In this document: in pieces, positions 37,101 to 48,149 of the stretch | Position numbering within the stretch: position 1 is the stretch's first letter | Layout: each line of letters starts with the position of its first letter | The notes under the pieces: model-generated | Seen by the model: only the letters and a program-made list of their open reading frames with translations | Database searches by the model: none | Told to the model about the DNA's origin: nothing | Translations under genes and position numbers: made by a program | NCBI GenBank assembly: GCA_900617105.1 | Contig: UYFQ01000142.1 | Location: forward strand, 1 to 54,498 | DNA: 54,498 nt | Direction: 5' to 3' | DNA from: Hydrurus foetidus | Taxonomy: Eukaryota

Positions 37101-38732
37101 AATTCTGGTCATCGCAGGTCTTTTCCTACCTCACCTCACCTTACCTCACCTCACCTCACCTCACCTCACCTCACCTCACCTCACCTTACCTCACCTCACC
37201 GCACCTTACCTTACCTCACCTTACCTTACCTCACCTTACCTCACCTCACCTTACCTCACCTCACCTCACCTCTCCCTTCCTATTTCCCTCTTCGTTAGTC
37301 TCGTGTGTCTGGCGTGTGGGCCGCATAGAAAGGAAGAAGCTCAACTTGCAGTAGTGCAGGTAACTTCACACCATGCTTAATTGCTATCAGTCATTCTTAC
37401 TGCTACATTTCTGTGTCGTGTTGTATACTTCATTTTACTTCACTAAAGTTTACTTATTTTTTTCCTTCATTTTATTTTTCATTTATTTTTTCTTTTGTCA
37501 AAAAATCCCCCTCTCCTTCTGCTTTCATGTGAATGAATTTCCAGGCTGAGCGATTAGGAATTTGCAGTTCCGGGATCCTCAGAGAACTAGGGACGTGTTT
37601 TATGGCTGCTGACAAAATCCAGGTACCGTACATACGTACTTACATATTACCAAAACAAATAGAATATTATAGAACGTACTCGAAGTGGAGGTGAAAACAA
37701 AATATTGGAGATTTTAACCGTGCTCCAACTAGGCAGTTTTCGATCCGCATTTCCGACATTTTATTCTGCATTGGTAATACATACGCACGTATCATTCTCT
37801 TCACACCCTCACATTTTCATGCATGTTTACATTTTATTTCTTATTTTTCTTCGTATTAGGTTGCGGAGGATTTGGTGAGACGGGCAGTGGCTGAGGAAAT
37901 CAAACAGTCTACGGTAAGATCCGGCTATTTCCGGTTAACCATACATTATGTTGATTGTTATCGTTGACTGTGTTAATTTGTAACGCCGTCATCATCATCG
38001 ACTTTACCATTGTTATCAGTATGCGATTTTTATTTCTTGTTTCATCTGGAATATCGTCAAAACATCCATCTCATTCATGAAGATTCATTTCTCCTCTAAC
38101 CAACAGCTACTAACTAAATCGTCTGACCAACCAATTTCTCTCACCATCAATTTATGACCCCAAAGACGGGTCGGGCCAACCCACGTACCAGACAGCTACT
38201 AGCTGACATCTTGACCGTTCAGAATCAAGCAGTCTTGGCGGTTGATGAGTACCAGCAGGTATGTAGACTGATGCTAGTATATTTTTAACCGCAATTTATG
38301 CATGTACAAGACACGTATAGAGACTGATACACACATTAACTGTATACTCACACAGTAACCATTTTATCTGATTTTGTTTTGCTTTTTTTCCTTACAATTG
38401 TATAGTATCATTTTAATGTTTCCATAGAATTCATTCCGCTTCTCCTCTCTTACAACTATGTCACGCCTGCTCCCTATCACACTCCCCTCCTCACATCCCT
38501 TCATTACCCACACCACACCACCCTCCCCCCCCATGCACACATACGTACGTACACTACACAGGTTCTCGCAGACGAGACGGCTGACAGGGGGACTAAACAA
38601 TCAGCAGGCGACAAGTGTGCGTCACTGCTCCAGTCCATGGGTCGATCGGAGGAACTCAGATCTCTGCTAAGACTCATGGCCGTACTGATACCTAGTACGC
38701 CGGAATATACCGGATCAACAGCTATTGTGTAA
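22650..38732 (+). CDS. CFAP70: Multi-exon host gene, cilia- and flagella-associated protein 70-like (C-terminal TPR repeats)
   Basis: ATG at 22650, then many GT-AG exons (e.g. 22779-23426, 24340-24604, 28161-28292, 36169-36328, last exon 38562-38732 ending TAA). Spliced peptides FLHYLSTSGVYHNFKEKLKPKIQRVARERY and [29 protein letters not shown] resemble conserved CFAP70/TTC18 blocks. Not every internal exon boundary was verified. Confidence 0.8.
25681..26357. repeat. 19-bp intronic minisatellite (CATCATCAAATGACACTCT), ~35 copies
   Basis: Read directly; near-perfect copies. Confidence 0.97.
28899..28980. repeat. (GTTT)n microsatellite, intronic
   Basis: Read directly. Confidence 0.97.
29543..30328. 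repeat. 32-bp intronic minisatellite (TTTCTATCACGTCACACTACAGCATATTATTA), ~24 copies
   Basis: Read directly, with TCAC/TGAC variants; followed by (CTACA)n at ~30382-30470. Confidence 0.97.
31182..31311. mobile_element. Small palindromic MITE-like element flanked by TTAA, intronic
   Basis: TTAACGCTTT...AAAGTGTTAA ends. Internal inverted repeat 31193-31212 vs 31270-31289 (17/20 match). Confidence 0.5.
34130..35060. repeat. Compound (GTGAT)n/(GGAT)n/(GGGAT)n low-complexity tract, intronic
   Basis: Read directly; the central part is degenerate. Confidence 0.93.
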
Positions 38733-39123
38733 AGCTGTGTAACGGTGTATTACGGTGAAATTGGCATTATTTATGGTAGGATGAGGATGCGTAGTAATCA
38801 TCTCAATTTGCGCAGTATGCTGACTGAATGTGCTGCTTCAGTGTGACGATTTGGTATTCCATTAAATTTGCGTCATGCTCTATGAAAACGAGTATTTTAT
38901 TGTCTCAAGTATGAGATAGCACCGCATTTCAAATTTAATTTTCGATTTACTGTCGTCACATCAGGTTCACTGTGCATTGGTCTCGTACTAGTTGTTGAGT
39001 CATTTGACAACAAATTAGTGAGCGACTCATGAAATTGGATTAATTTAGATTCGATTAATCAAACATGTAGTGGGCTAGCTGATCAGTCAAGCAAGAGATG
39101 GTCATGACATCTTAGTGACCATT

Positions 39124-39826
39124 AGAATGTTCTGGAAACATGGAGCAATTGCAAGAGGAGATGTACGTGTCAGACAGTGCGTTACGCAGTACGTCACATG
39201 CGAACGTGAGAATGTGGTCAGTGCTATTCTATACGTGCGCATTAGCTTCAGATAGAAGAATTGGAGAGTACAGAGAGACTGAGATTCTCTGAACAGAACA
39301 AAAAGAACAGAACATTCTTCAGAACAAAGTCATCAGAACAGAACATTCTTTGAGTATCCTAGATGATAGACTATACTGTATATTGTATATTAGTCCGTGA
39401 CTGCGTGAGTGATGCTGCCGAGGTAAAAACTAAACACTTCTTTTAGAGATTATCTTGAAGCATATTTGACGAATGTAGAGTGATAAATGTTGTTCTCGGC
39501 GGTCATTTTCGAGTACGATGACTTCAATAAATCTATTTCGTTGTGACTGTATGAGTAGTGCCAAACTTCATGCTCGTTGCTATAGGATGGCACGAGGAAC
39601 ATTCCGCAGAACATTCCTAGGAAAGAACATTCTGATCGCACGGCCATGATGGGAGTCCTTCCTATCACTGGACAGAATAGGATGGACAGAGTACTATCAC
39701 AATACAATTCATCGCATCTTTAATCAAATCCCAGGTCTGAAGCGCTTGCTATTTCCTTTTCATTCCTATCTGAACGTGTGACTTCAGTAGATTCTGCGGA
39801 ACATTCCTAGCCCTGGAAAGTGTTCC
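39124..39826. promoter_or_regulatory. Cluster of seven GAACATTC/GAATGTTC motifs (heat-shock-element-like GAAnnTTC)
   Basis: GAATGTTC at 39125; GAACATTC at 39310, 39341, 39597, 39609, 39625 and 39799. Function is not shown by the sequence. Confidence 0.4.
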
Positions 39827-40090
39827 GATTTCACTGTATCTCATTTTCATCGTCTGGGAAGCTTTTGTTTTTAAGATAAGAGAACGAAAATGGTGTAGTA
39901 GTATTCAAGATGATGGTGAAACTTTGGCTGGTACAGTCCGAATCGTCTTCCTGTTCTATTCTGTTTGTTCTTTTGCTGCTTAGTACTGATTTTAATATCA
40001 GTTTGGTCAAAGTAGCAGTGAGCCATTCAAAGATAAGGCTATGATGCTTTGTATTTCTGCATCGAAAATATTCCATTCAATGCTGCGGTT

Positions 40091-40570
40091 TCACAGATAT
40101 AATCCTGACGAAAGGTTGCTGGTAGGTGTGCTGGAAGTGACAACGTTGCTACTGGCTGTGTCCGAGATTTCAGATGAGTCATGACCGATGGCAAAATTTC
40201 GAGACGAGAAAGTGGGGTCATTAATTCCATCTATCGGCTGCATATCGTTGTCATCATCATTATGAAGAGCATTCAGAAGTGCTGTGCTAGCTGCATTGTT
40301 GCGAGAAATTTCTTCTCTCCGCACCTCCGCTCGGTAGGCCGCATCGACGCGATGAAGAGTATTCTGAAGCCCTCTAATTTTCTTGTGCTTTGATGCAATA
40401 ACTTTGCAGTTCTCTTCGATTGCTTCCAGAAAATCAGAATCGTCTGGGAATTCCAGAATAGCTTCTTCCAGCGACTCCTGAGATCGTTGGAGAAATATTA
40501 CCTGATGCTGATTTTCCTCGATGAGCAAGCGAACTTCATTTGCGTGCTTTTCATCATCCCCATCTTCCAT
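40091..40570 (-). CDS. Small intronless coiled-coil protein, TMA17/ADC17-like (proteasome assembly chaperone family)
   Basis: ATG at 40570 (MEDGDD...). FLQRSQ..L, D.DF.EAIEEN..VI and a C-terminal GLYL resemble the TMA17 family pattern (HLQRSN ... ENE.V ... hydrophobic terminal tetrapeptide). Confidence 0.6.
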   Translation of the reverse strand: MEDGDDEKHANEVRLLIEENQHQVIFLQRSQESLEEAILEFPDDSDFLEAIEENCKVIASKHKKIRGLQNTLHRVDAAYRAEVRREEISRNNAASTALLNALHNDDDNDMQPIDGINDPTFSSRNFAIGHDSSEISDTASSNVVTSSTPTSNLSSGLYL

Positions 40571-40736
40571 TCTGGTCAGCTTGTTATGGGAAATGCTCTG
40601 TTCCACTGTCTTCCTAATAATCTTCACTGTTGATGAATTCGAGTTCTCGTAGCCGACGATGGTACTTGGAGCACAGCGGCGTGTGTTCGAGGCGATCAAG
40701 ACTCGTGAAATAAGATCTATCGTATCAGTGAACACT

Positions 40737-42746
40737 TGTTAATTAGACTGTGTCGTAGTGGCCAACAAGCCTCTAGTCCATTCGAATTCATGCGATCAAA
40801 GTCTAATCTACTGTTGAACTTGCGATGCGTGCAGATATAGTCCTCGTACGGACATGCACTAAACCGTACTTCCGTACGTAACCATAAGTACACGCATTGT
40901 GTACGTGTCATATACTCAGATATACTCAACACACCCCTATGGCACCTACACAAACGTCACACCGAAAGACTAGCTCGCATATGACTTTAGTCCGACGCTT
41001 ACTCGCCTATCGTATCGCACCACCCTGTGATTCCCTTTCTCTCCTCATGGAACTGGATTCCCTGGAGTGGCTTAGTCAGCAGGTTTGCATACATTTTCTT
41101 CGTTCCCAGGTGCACCACCCTCGCTTCTCCTGCGTCCACGCGCTCCATCACCCAGAAGTACCTAATGGCGATATGTCTGGTGCGCTCTGCCGCTGATCGT
41201 CCTCGATCTATCAGCGCCATGCAGGACATGTTGTCCTGATAGATAGTCACGGGCCCGCATGAGTGTCCCTGCGCAAGCACGAAGTTCCTGATGTGCAGGG
41301 CCTGATTCGCTGAATCGGAAAGTGCTACCAGCTCTGCCTCCGTGCTCGATTTCGTCACGATCTGTTGCTTTGCCGACTTGCAGTGCACTGCTCCCACGTC
41401 ACCGATCACAACACAGCTACCTGTGTGGGACTTTCCGTCTGGATGCACTCCGTATGCAGCATCAATCAGCACGCTCACCTCGATACCAGTCACCCCAGGT
41501 GAGAACACAACCCCCCTCTCTTTCGTCATACTCACATATCTCATCAGACGTTGCAGCTTGGCTAGGTCGTCCGTGGTGCACCTATTCACCCTTGTCGCAA
41601 GGAATGACACGGCGGTGAGACAATCTGGTCTCGCTCTCTTCGCCAGGTACAGCAGCTTCGCGATACATCTGTGAAAGATGACTCTTTGCTGCTCAGTCAC
41701 AGCCTCGATATCTAGTCGCACATCAAAAAGACCATCTGTCGCAGGTGAACGGGCTTTCCCCGTGACTCCGCATTCTTTGAGCATCTCGTCGACGAATCCC
41801 GTCATGCTCACTTTGGCTTTCCCTGTTGTAGCCAGATTAAACACCATCCCCAGGTAGTTCACAATCGGCCCGTCCTTTCTCGTAATCTCACCGTATCGTT
41901 TCGTTAGACCCTCTGCTAGGTCCTCGATCATGAGCGCGCACGCACTGGTGATCAATAAGTCGTCGACATGGACTGCCACAGTGCACTACACACCTCGCTC
42001 GTTGTGTCTGTTGAATACACAGATATCATACACGTTCGGTGTGTATCCCAATTCTAAAAAGCTCGCTCGCAGATTTTCATACCAGAGTGCTGCTGATTCC
42101 ACGCACCCATATAACGCCTTATCTAACTTTACCACCACACAGCCTTTCGCGTCTGCATATCGCTCGTACTCGGGTGCCAACTTAGTCATCATACCGGACA
42201 TGTTCCTGTCAAGACGCATGTGTACAGGTAGTCCTGTATCCATATCTGCATTCAAGAATGCCCCTCCGATATCGATGACAGCTACACCCCTATTCTCATG
42301 AGCCGCAATGCTGAGTATAGTGAACACTGCGCTCGTTCCAACTGTTGGCGCGGACAGATCGTCGTAGAGCGACTTATCTTGCTGGTCTCCGCCCGCAACG
42401 AGCCGAGCCTTAAGTTTCTCAAACTCTCCGCTGGCAAGGAATTTTTCCTTTAGAAACATGCTAGATCTGATAATCCTTCTCTTCTCGTTGTATGACAGCG
42501 ACTTGATGTCGACTGGAGTCCACACCTTCTTTCTAAGCATCTGCCCAAGCTCCTTCATGATGACAACCTCTGCATCTTTTTCTCGAGTACGTAAAGCTTC
42601 ATTGACTGATATGTTAAGAACTCGCTCTTTCCAGTCTGTGCCAGGCTCGATGTATAATCTGGTCAACAGCGCTCCACCGTTTACTCCTTTGCGGAACATC
42701 TGCATGATGTCCAGACGACTTGGCCTCTGTTGGTAGACATCATGCT
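40737..42746 (-). mobile_element. Copia-2: 3' part of a Ty1/Copia element (RT-RNase H, PPT, 195-bp 3' LTR at 40737-40931)
   Basis: On the minus strand, PPT AGGGGTG (40938-40932) then TGTTGAG...TAACA. RT/RH ORFs upstream. Interrupted at ~42750; 5' half not recognisable in the window. Confidence 0.88.
40999..42705 (-). pseudogene. pol: Copia-2 RT-RNase H with one in-frame TAG (41986-41988)
   Basis: KLKARLVAGG, IDIGGAFLNA, ALYGCVES, HVDDLL, IDAAYGVH, STEAELVA, YQDN and ANLLTKPL motifs; GV*CTVAVHVDD. Confidence 0.93.
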
Positions 42747-42751
42747 GTGTA

Positions 42752-45700
42752 CCGTCGAGTGCTTAATTATTTGTGTATACTTTTGGAATTACGATGAGTA
42801 TCGGATCACAACGTCATCACAGAGTATAAATGAATGTCGACCTTCTTGCACTCATAGCTAAATCAATAATGCAGATTTCAAAGCTTCGAAAATTGATTAC
42901 TTGAGACGCTGAAAGCAGCAACTTGGTCATCTAGATTTTTCTTAAAGGAAAGGGCAGCTTTTCTCGAGTCGTGCCGACAAAAATTTGACTATTTTCTGGA
43001 AGACATCAAATCCATCGCGAATTCTCGTCTCAGAAGGATCTAGAAGTCAATTGGACAGACAAATCTGGAGCGTGAAGCTATTATCTTTGAGAAAATCGGG
43101 TGGCGTCGAGAAGGGTACCAAAGGTTGTCTTAAAACTTAGCAGCTCGAAAATCGGTGTAAAATGAAGTCGACCATCAAAGAATACAGTCTAACCATTGAT
43201 TACTGTGCATTTATGGTTGCTATTGTCCTTATTCGACATGAAGTGAATGCCGCGAATAATAATTTACAATGGAGTGGCGAAGAACTTGCAGAAATTCTCA
43301 ATGACCTGCCTCTTGCGCAGCAAGCCAACTTTCACGTCAACTCACTTGCCCTGAAGCAAGGTTTCTTGATTTTCAAAAGATACTTTGTCAAGTGGGGGAT
43401 AACGACCATTGACATGTATCAGGATGAGAAGAAAACGCTACCATTTTTCGACTTAGTGGAATCAAGAAGGAGCATAGAGTTAAAATTTGGGACATATCAC
43501 AGTATGAGTGAAGATTCGGTTGAGAGTGATGTATCGAGCGAAATTTTGAACATTCGGGACAAATTGCTGTCACTTGGAGGGTATGAAAAATCAATTCATA
43601 ATTCACCTTGTTCAGTTTTTGGAAGCTTATACCTTCCAATAGTAACGATTTCGTCACCCTTAAAAATCACACCAAAGTCTTCTCCAGAAATTAAGACTGA
43701 ATTCATTACAAATCAATACAAAGTTAGAAAATCACCGCCTAGACTTGGAAAAAGAGCAATTTATAATAGTACTAAGAAAATTCTTTCTTCGGCATTAAAG
43801 TCTTTTGGAGACCAACATGCCCTATTTTACATGGAGTCTGCGGTAGAAAAATTAAAAAAAAGAAAATTAAGTGAGTTAGATGACTCAGAAAATATCGATG
43901 AAGTACAAGATTCTGAGGAAGAGAGTGATGAAGATGATAATGTAATCTTGTTGGAAGATGACGATCGTGTCGTGGATGCTGCCTCTAACTTTAAAATGAA
44001 ATATGTAAAATATACGGAGGATGATAAAACGGATATATTATCTTTATTTGGAGTTATAACTGAAGTTGCTAAAGAAAAAAACATTAAGAATTATCGATTA
44101 ATTGCAGCTAGAACAACAGCTCTCTTATTAAAAGAAAACAAGTATTATTCAAAACTCAGTGCAAGAACAATTTCTAGATGGAATGACCTTACTAACATAA
44201 ACAAAATGACAAGGGGACGTAAAATAAATGAAGACTTTGAAGGAGAGGTATGGGCGAAGTTAATGTTCAGTGTTTTTGAAAAGGTAATAACTTGAATAGG
44301 AATGTTCATTTATTATCATATTTCATTTTCTACTTCATTTTTAAAAAGTACTTACCTATTCACAGGACAATTCGATTAGAGTGCTAGTAAATATTACTTA
44401 CTCGTACGCGATTGTGGTAAGCGCAGCGACTAGTGTACAAGAAACGGAAAAATGGGCAAATGAAGAGAAAATTAAAAACTTGATTTTTTCAAATAAGTGG
44501 GTGAAGGGTTTTTTAAATCGAGGGGGTGTATCAAGAAGGAAAATTACACGGGATGATAAGGACGTTCCTTCAGACACAGATATAAGGAGGGTTTTAAAAA
44601 TTGGTCAAGATCTATACATCAACAAAGGACACACACCAAATACATGTTATAATTTTGACGAGACAGCTTTCACGTACTCAATCGGTCCGTCACACATATT
44701 CTGTCCTAGTGATCAACAGAGAGCTACCAATATTGGTATATTTAATACCAAATTACGAATAACTGCTGTTATAGCCGTCAATGCTATGGGACACTTTGCA
44801 CCTTTAATGCTTATCATTAAGCACTCTGTAAGTTCGGAAATTAGGCCTGACCAGACGGGTATGAAGGTGATACCGGAACTTCATAAAAAGGATGGCTTCA
44901 CAGCAAACGATGGTTGGGAAAAGGGTATCTGGGAGAAAAGTTTAACAATCAAAGGAGTTACAGCGTTGCATAAGTGTACGTACCTAAGACACATTACAAC
45001 TGGCCATATTTTGACTAGTCAAGTTAAAGCTTGGAATGACACAACTCGGATGGTGATGTGGTTCGAGCTGATTATGAAGCCGATAAAGAAGAGTTTGGGA
45101 AAATTGTTAATTTGGTGCGACAATTGTGGAAGCCACAAGACGAGCAGTGTTAACGATGTTATCACCGAAACAGGAATCGATGTATCATTCTTACCCCCAA
45201 ATATGACTGCGGAACTACAGGTCCTAGATCTTGTAGTTAATGGGCCCATAAAGGCTCATATCAAGAATATCAGAGCAAGGAGATTGTACGATTGCTTCCA
45301 AGAATACAAAATTGAAAGATTCGCTGATATGCAGCTCCCCTGCGATCAGCGAAAAAATCAGGATTTCTCCCCTCCTAAACCTATTATGATTGAGGGAATA
45401 AAAGATCTTATCTTATTATCCGAGGAGCAATTTACCGAGGAAAAGTTCAAGAAATGCATTAACACTACCTTTATTAAGACGTGCACTTTGCCATTTTTGT
45501 CGGAAGATGCTGCAATCGGCCCAAAATTTGTCGAATATACGAAAGCTTCGTCATGTGGGACAATGTCGGTAATACCACAAGGCACATTGGATTGCGAAAG
45601 TGAGATTGAGTTTGTTGATGATAGTGATGAAGATCAAGAGGAAGAGATTGAAAGGGCTCTATTCTTGCATTTCATCGAAAGTGTTGATAGAAATGAAGAA

Positions 45701-46803
45701 AATGAAGAACTTGATGACATTGATGACAATGAGGAAGAAGATTCGAATTAATTACCAATGTGAAATTTATATCATTTACGGTTTCTTTTTTTTTAGTTGA
45801 TTCATTTTTTTGCAAACTACGTTTTTTTCTGTTAGAATTTCAATAAATAAATCGGTCCAGGAATCAGAATTTTTAGATAATACAACAACTTCAATGGCGA
45901 AGCCTGCGCACGTATGATTTGAATCTTCTATTAATCGACAGACAAACATGAATCCATCTCCGTATTTGTTACGCTCGTTTAGCCTGATACAATCGAAATC
46001 CATGAATTCGCTCATAATTTGGGCTGAATCGCGACTCACGTTCCCTATGCGCTCACCAAGATTGTATGACGCAGGCAGGACTGGCAAGACGTTGGTTGGC
46101 GCCATGATCCGAACGCAATTAGAGTCTGCTTATTCATACAGTAATGTCACATTGTGAGTTCTCTGTTGTGCAACATGTTATTCGGAAAAAGCATAGGCTT
46201 CTTCGAAATTATTAGGCATTTATGGTGACCACTACTTCCAAAACAGCCGACTCGCAAATTCTTGATCAAAGATCACGACTCACCAAATTCGTTATCAGGA
46301 TCTCTTTCTACCATGCAGATAGAGTTTATCAGCACTTTTAAAGTCTTCCTCAACGCGAACAAGCCTTTCACACGAGATTGAAACTTCAAAACAGCCCTCA
46401 TTGTGGAACTGAGATTTGAAAGTAGAGTTTAGCTGCCCATCGCGACGTTATTTCAAAAACAGGTATTTCAGAGGTCTTGCTGGACTGTTGCAAGTCTGAA
46501 GGCTCCATCAGTTGACGCCTTTATTTGATTTTCAAGACAATTGCAAAAAAGAAGGCAAAATTTTACCAGGAGTTGTCTACTTGACGTTTGCAAGAGGAGA
46601 TTTCGCTGCGACCCTGTAAGTGCTCTTAAATCTGATTTAGCCTCTGGACGAAGCGAGGAATGACACTTCGACGTACTTCAATTGTTGTGTTGTTTTGATT
46701 GATGTGCTCGTCGATAGAGAGTCATCAGTCATGAGCAATCTCTACTTCCACTTTTTGGCCGGACACCGCTCAAAACAAAAACAAATAATTAAGCACTCGA
46801 CGG
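42752..46803 (+). mobile_element. pogo-like (Tc1/mariner superfamily) DNA transposon, 23-bp perfect TIRs, TA TSD
   Basis: TA|CCGTCGAGTGCTTAATTATTTGT at 42752 and ACAAATAATTAAGCACTCGACGG|TA ending at 46803; contains a DDD transposase. Confidence 0.96.
43162..45751 (+). CDS. pogo-like DD35D transposase, 835 aa, one intron (44284-44365)
   Basis: GT-AG intron joins the two ORFs in frame. CENP-B-like HTH (FSNKWVKGFLNR), NFDETA, WCDNCGSH and QVLD (35 residues between the 2nd and 3rd D), acidic tail. Confidence 0.92.
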
Positions 46804-46805
46804 TA

Positions 46806-47046
46806 TGTTGATTAACGCCCGATAGTACAGCAAATAAATCTGATGCAGCAGCTAATAGCGCGGTCACTGATACGATTAGATGCTACTTCCATATATACAC
46901 ACATCGCACGCAATCATCATTTATACAAACATCGTCATTTGAATCAACAGATAGTCAACCACTTCTCGCATAATTTAATTCCAACACTCGTGAAATACGA
47001 TCATTCATTTCACCTTTGGTCCGTAATCAAATCTACGGCATCAACA
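46806..47046 (+). repeat. Copia-3 5' LTR
   Basis: Direct repeat of 52429-52669. Confidence 0.97.
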
Positions 47047-47069
47047 GTTGGAATTAAGAGACATCGACC

Positions 47070-48149
47070 ATGGCCACATTCCCAGTAACCCTGTTGGACA
47101 ATCCTCGGCAACAATTCAGATTGTTTTATCGTGCTGCACTTGCCGCATATGGCGCGGCATGCACCACAATATATCAGCACGGCCTGCTCGGCTACATCGT
47201 CACCGACAACCAATGGGAACTTTTGCCCGGTAACAGCGCCCCCAATGCGGATCCTGTTCTTCCCAACGATATCCTTCCTCGCCCCACAATCACGATTCCT
47301 CCCACTCCCGCTGCAACGGCAAGTGCCCTGACAATTAAAATTTGGGAGCGTAAGCTGGCAGATAACGTGCTGGTCACCGATAGCTTACGAACGCTCAAGA
47401 CAAACCTCATTGCCAGTATTCAGCCGGCAGATTTAGTGACACTTCACGATCCCTTCTTTGGACTACTTAACGTCAGTGCCCTAACTATCATGACGCACAT
47501 CACAGAATTACACGGTACCCTCAATCAGGCCGACTTCGCGCACCTCCGCAGTCAACTATCGCTCACCATGGGCCATAATGAGTCTATTCAAGACTTCATC
47601 GGAACGCATCAACTTCTACATGATCAGTTTGCTGAGGCACAACAACCTCTCTCGGAGCTCGATAAGTGCCATCACTTCCGCGAAGCAGTTAAATCCTTGA
47701 CACACATCCATCACGCCATCGATTCCTACTTGGTTACACATCCCCTAGTCGGACAGCAACTATATCGCGAACTGACGACCCATGTACTTCAACAAGCGCC
47801 TAACTTCACTCCCACGGCAGCGTCGATGGGATATGCGGCCACAGCATCTGCGCCAACAAACGCTCAAACGGAGCCATCATCCGTCGCCACACTCCTTCAA
47901 TCTTCAGCATTTGCCGCCCTCCTCACCGCCGCTATCAAGCAAGCCGCTCCCGACCGTAGAAACGGACGAAATCGATCCGCCGCAAAAAAGATCCCTGCCT
48001 CCGAAAATCGGCCGTACTGCTTTCATCATGGGTACGACAGCCACCATGGTGTCGACTGCAGATACATGTCGGCCAACGCCTTCTCCTCCGATAAACGAGC
48101 CGCTACCACGCACGGCACACTCACAGGCGCCTCCAGTAACCGTCTCTGA
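47070..48149 (+). CDS. gag: Copia-3 Gag (359 aa) with a CHHC-type knuckle
   Basis: YCFHHGYDSHHGVDC near the C-terminus. First ORF after the LTR; ends in a TGA in frame with pol. Confidence 0.88.
   Translation: MATFPVTLLDNPRQQFRLFYRAALAAYGAACTTIYQHGLLGYIVTDNQWELLPGNSAPNADPVLPNDILPRPTITIPPTPAATASALTIKIWERKLADNVLVTDSLRTLKTNLIASIQPADLVTLHDPFFGLLNVSALTIMTHITELHGTLNQADFAHLRSQLSLTMGHNESIQDFIGTHQLLHDQFAEAQQPLSELDKCHHFREAVKSLTHIHHAIDSYLVTHPLVGQQLYRELTTHVLQQAPNFTPTAASMGYAATASAPTNAQTEPSSVATLLQSSAFAALLTAAIKQAAPDRRNGRNRSAAKKIPASENRPYCFHHGYDSHHGVDCRYMSANAFSSDKRAATTHGTLTGASSNRL

Noticed and set aside
40571..40735. N-terminal extension of the 214-aa ORF from a GTG start
   Set aside because: Non-ATG start abutting the LTR; family-like sequence begins only at the ATG at 40570.
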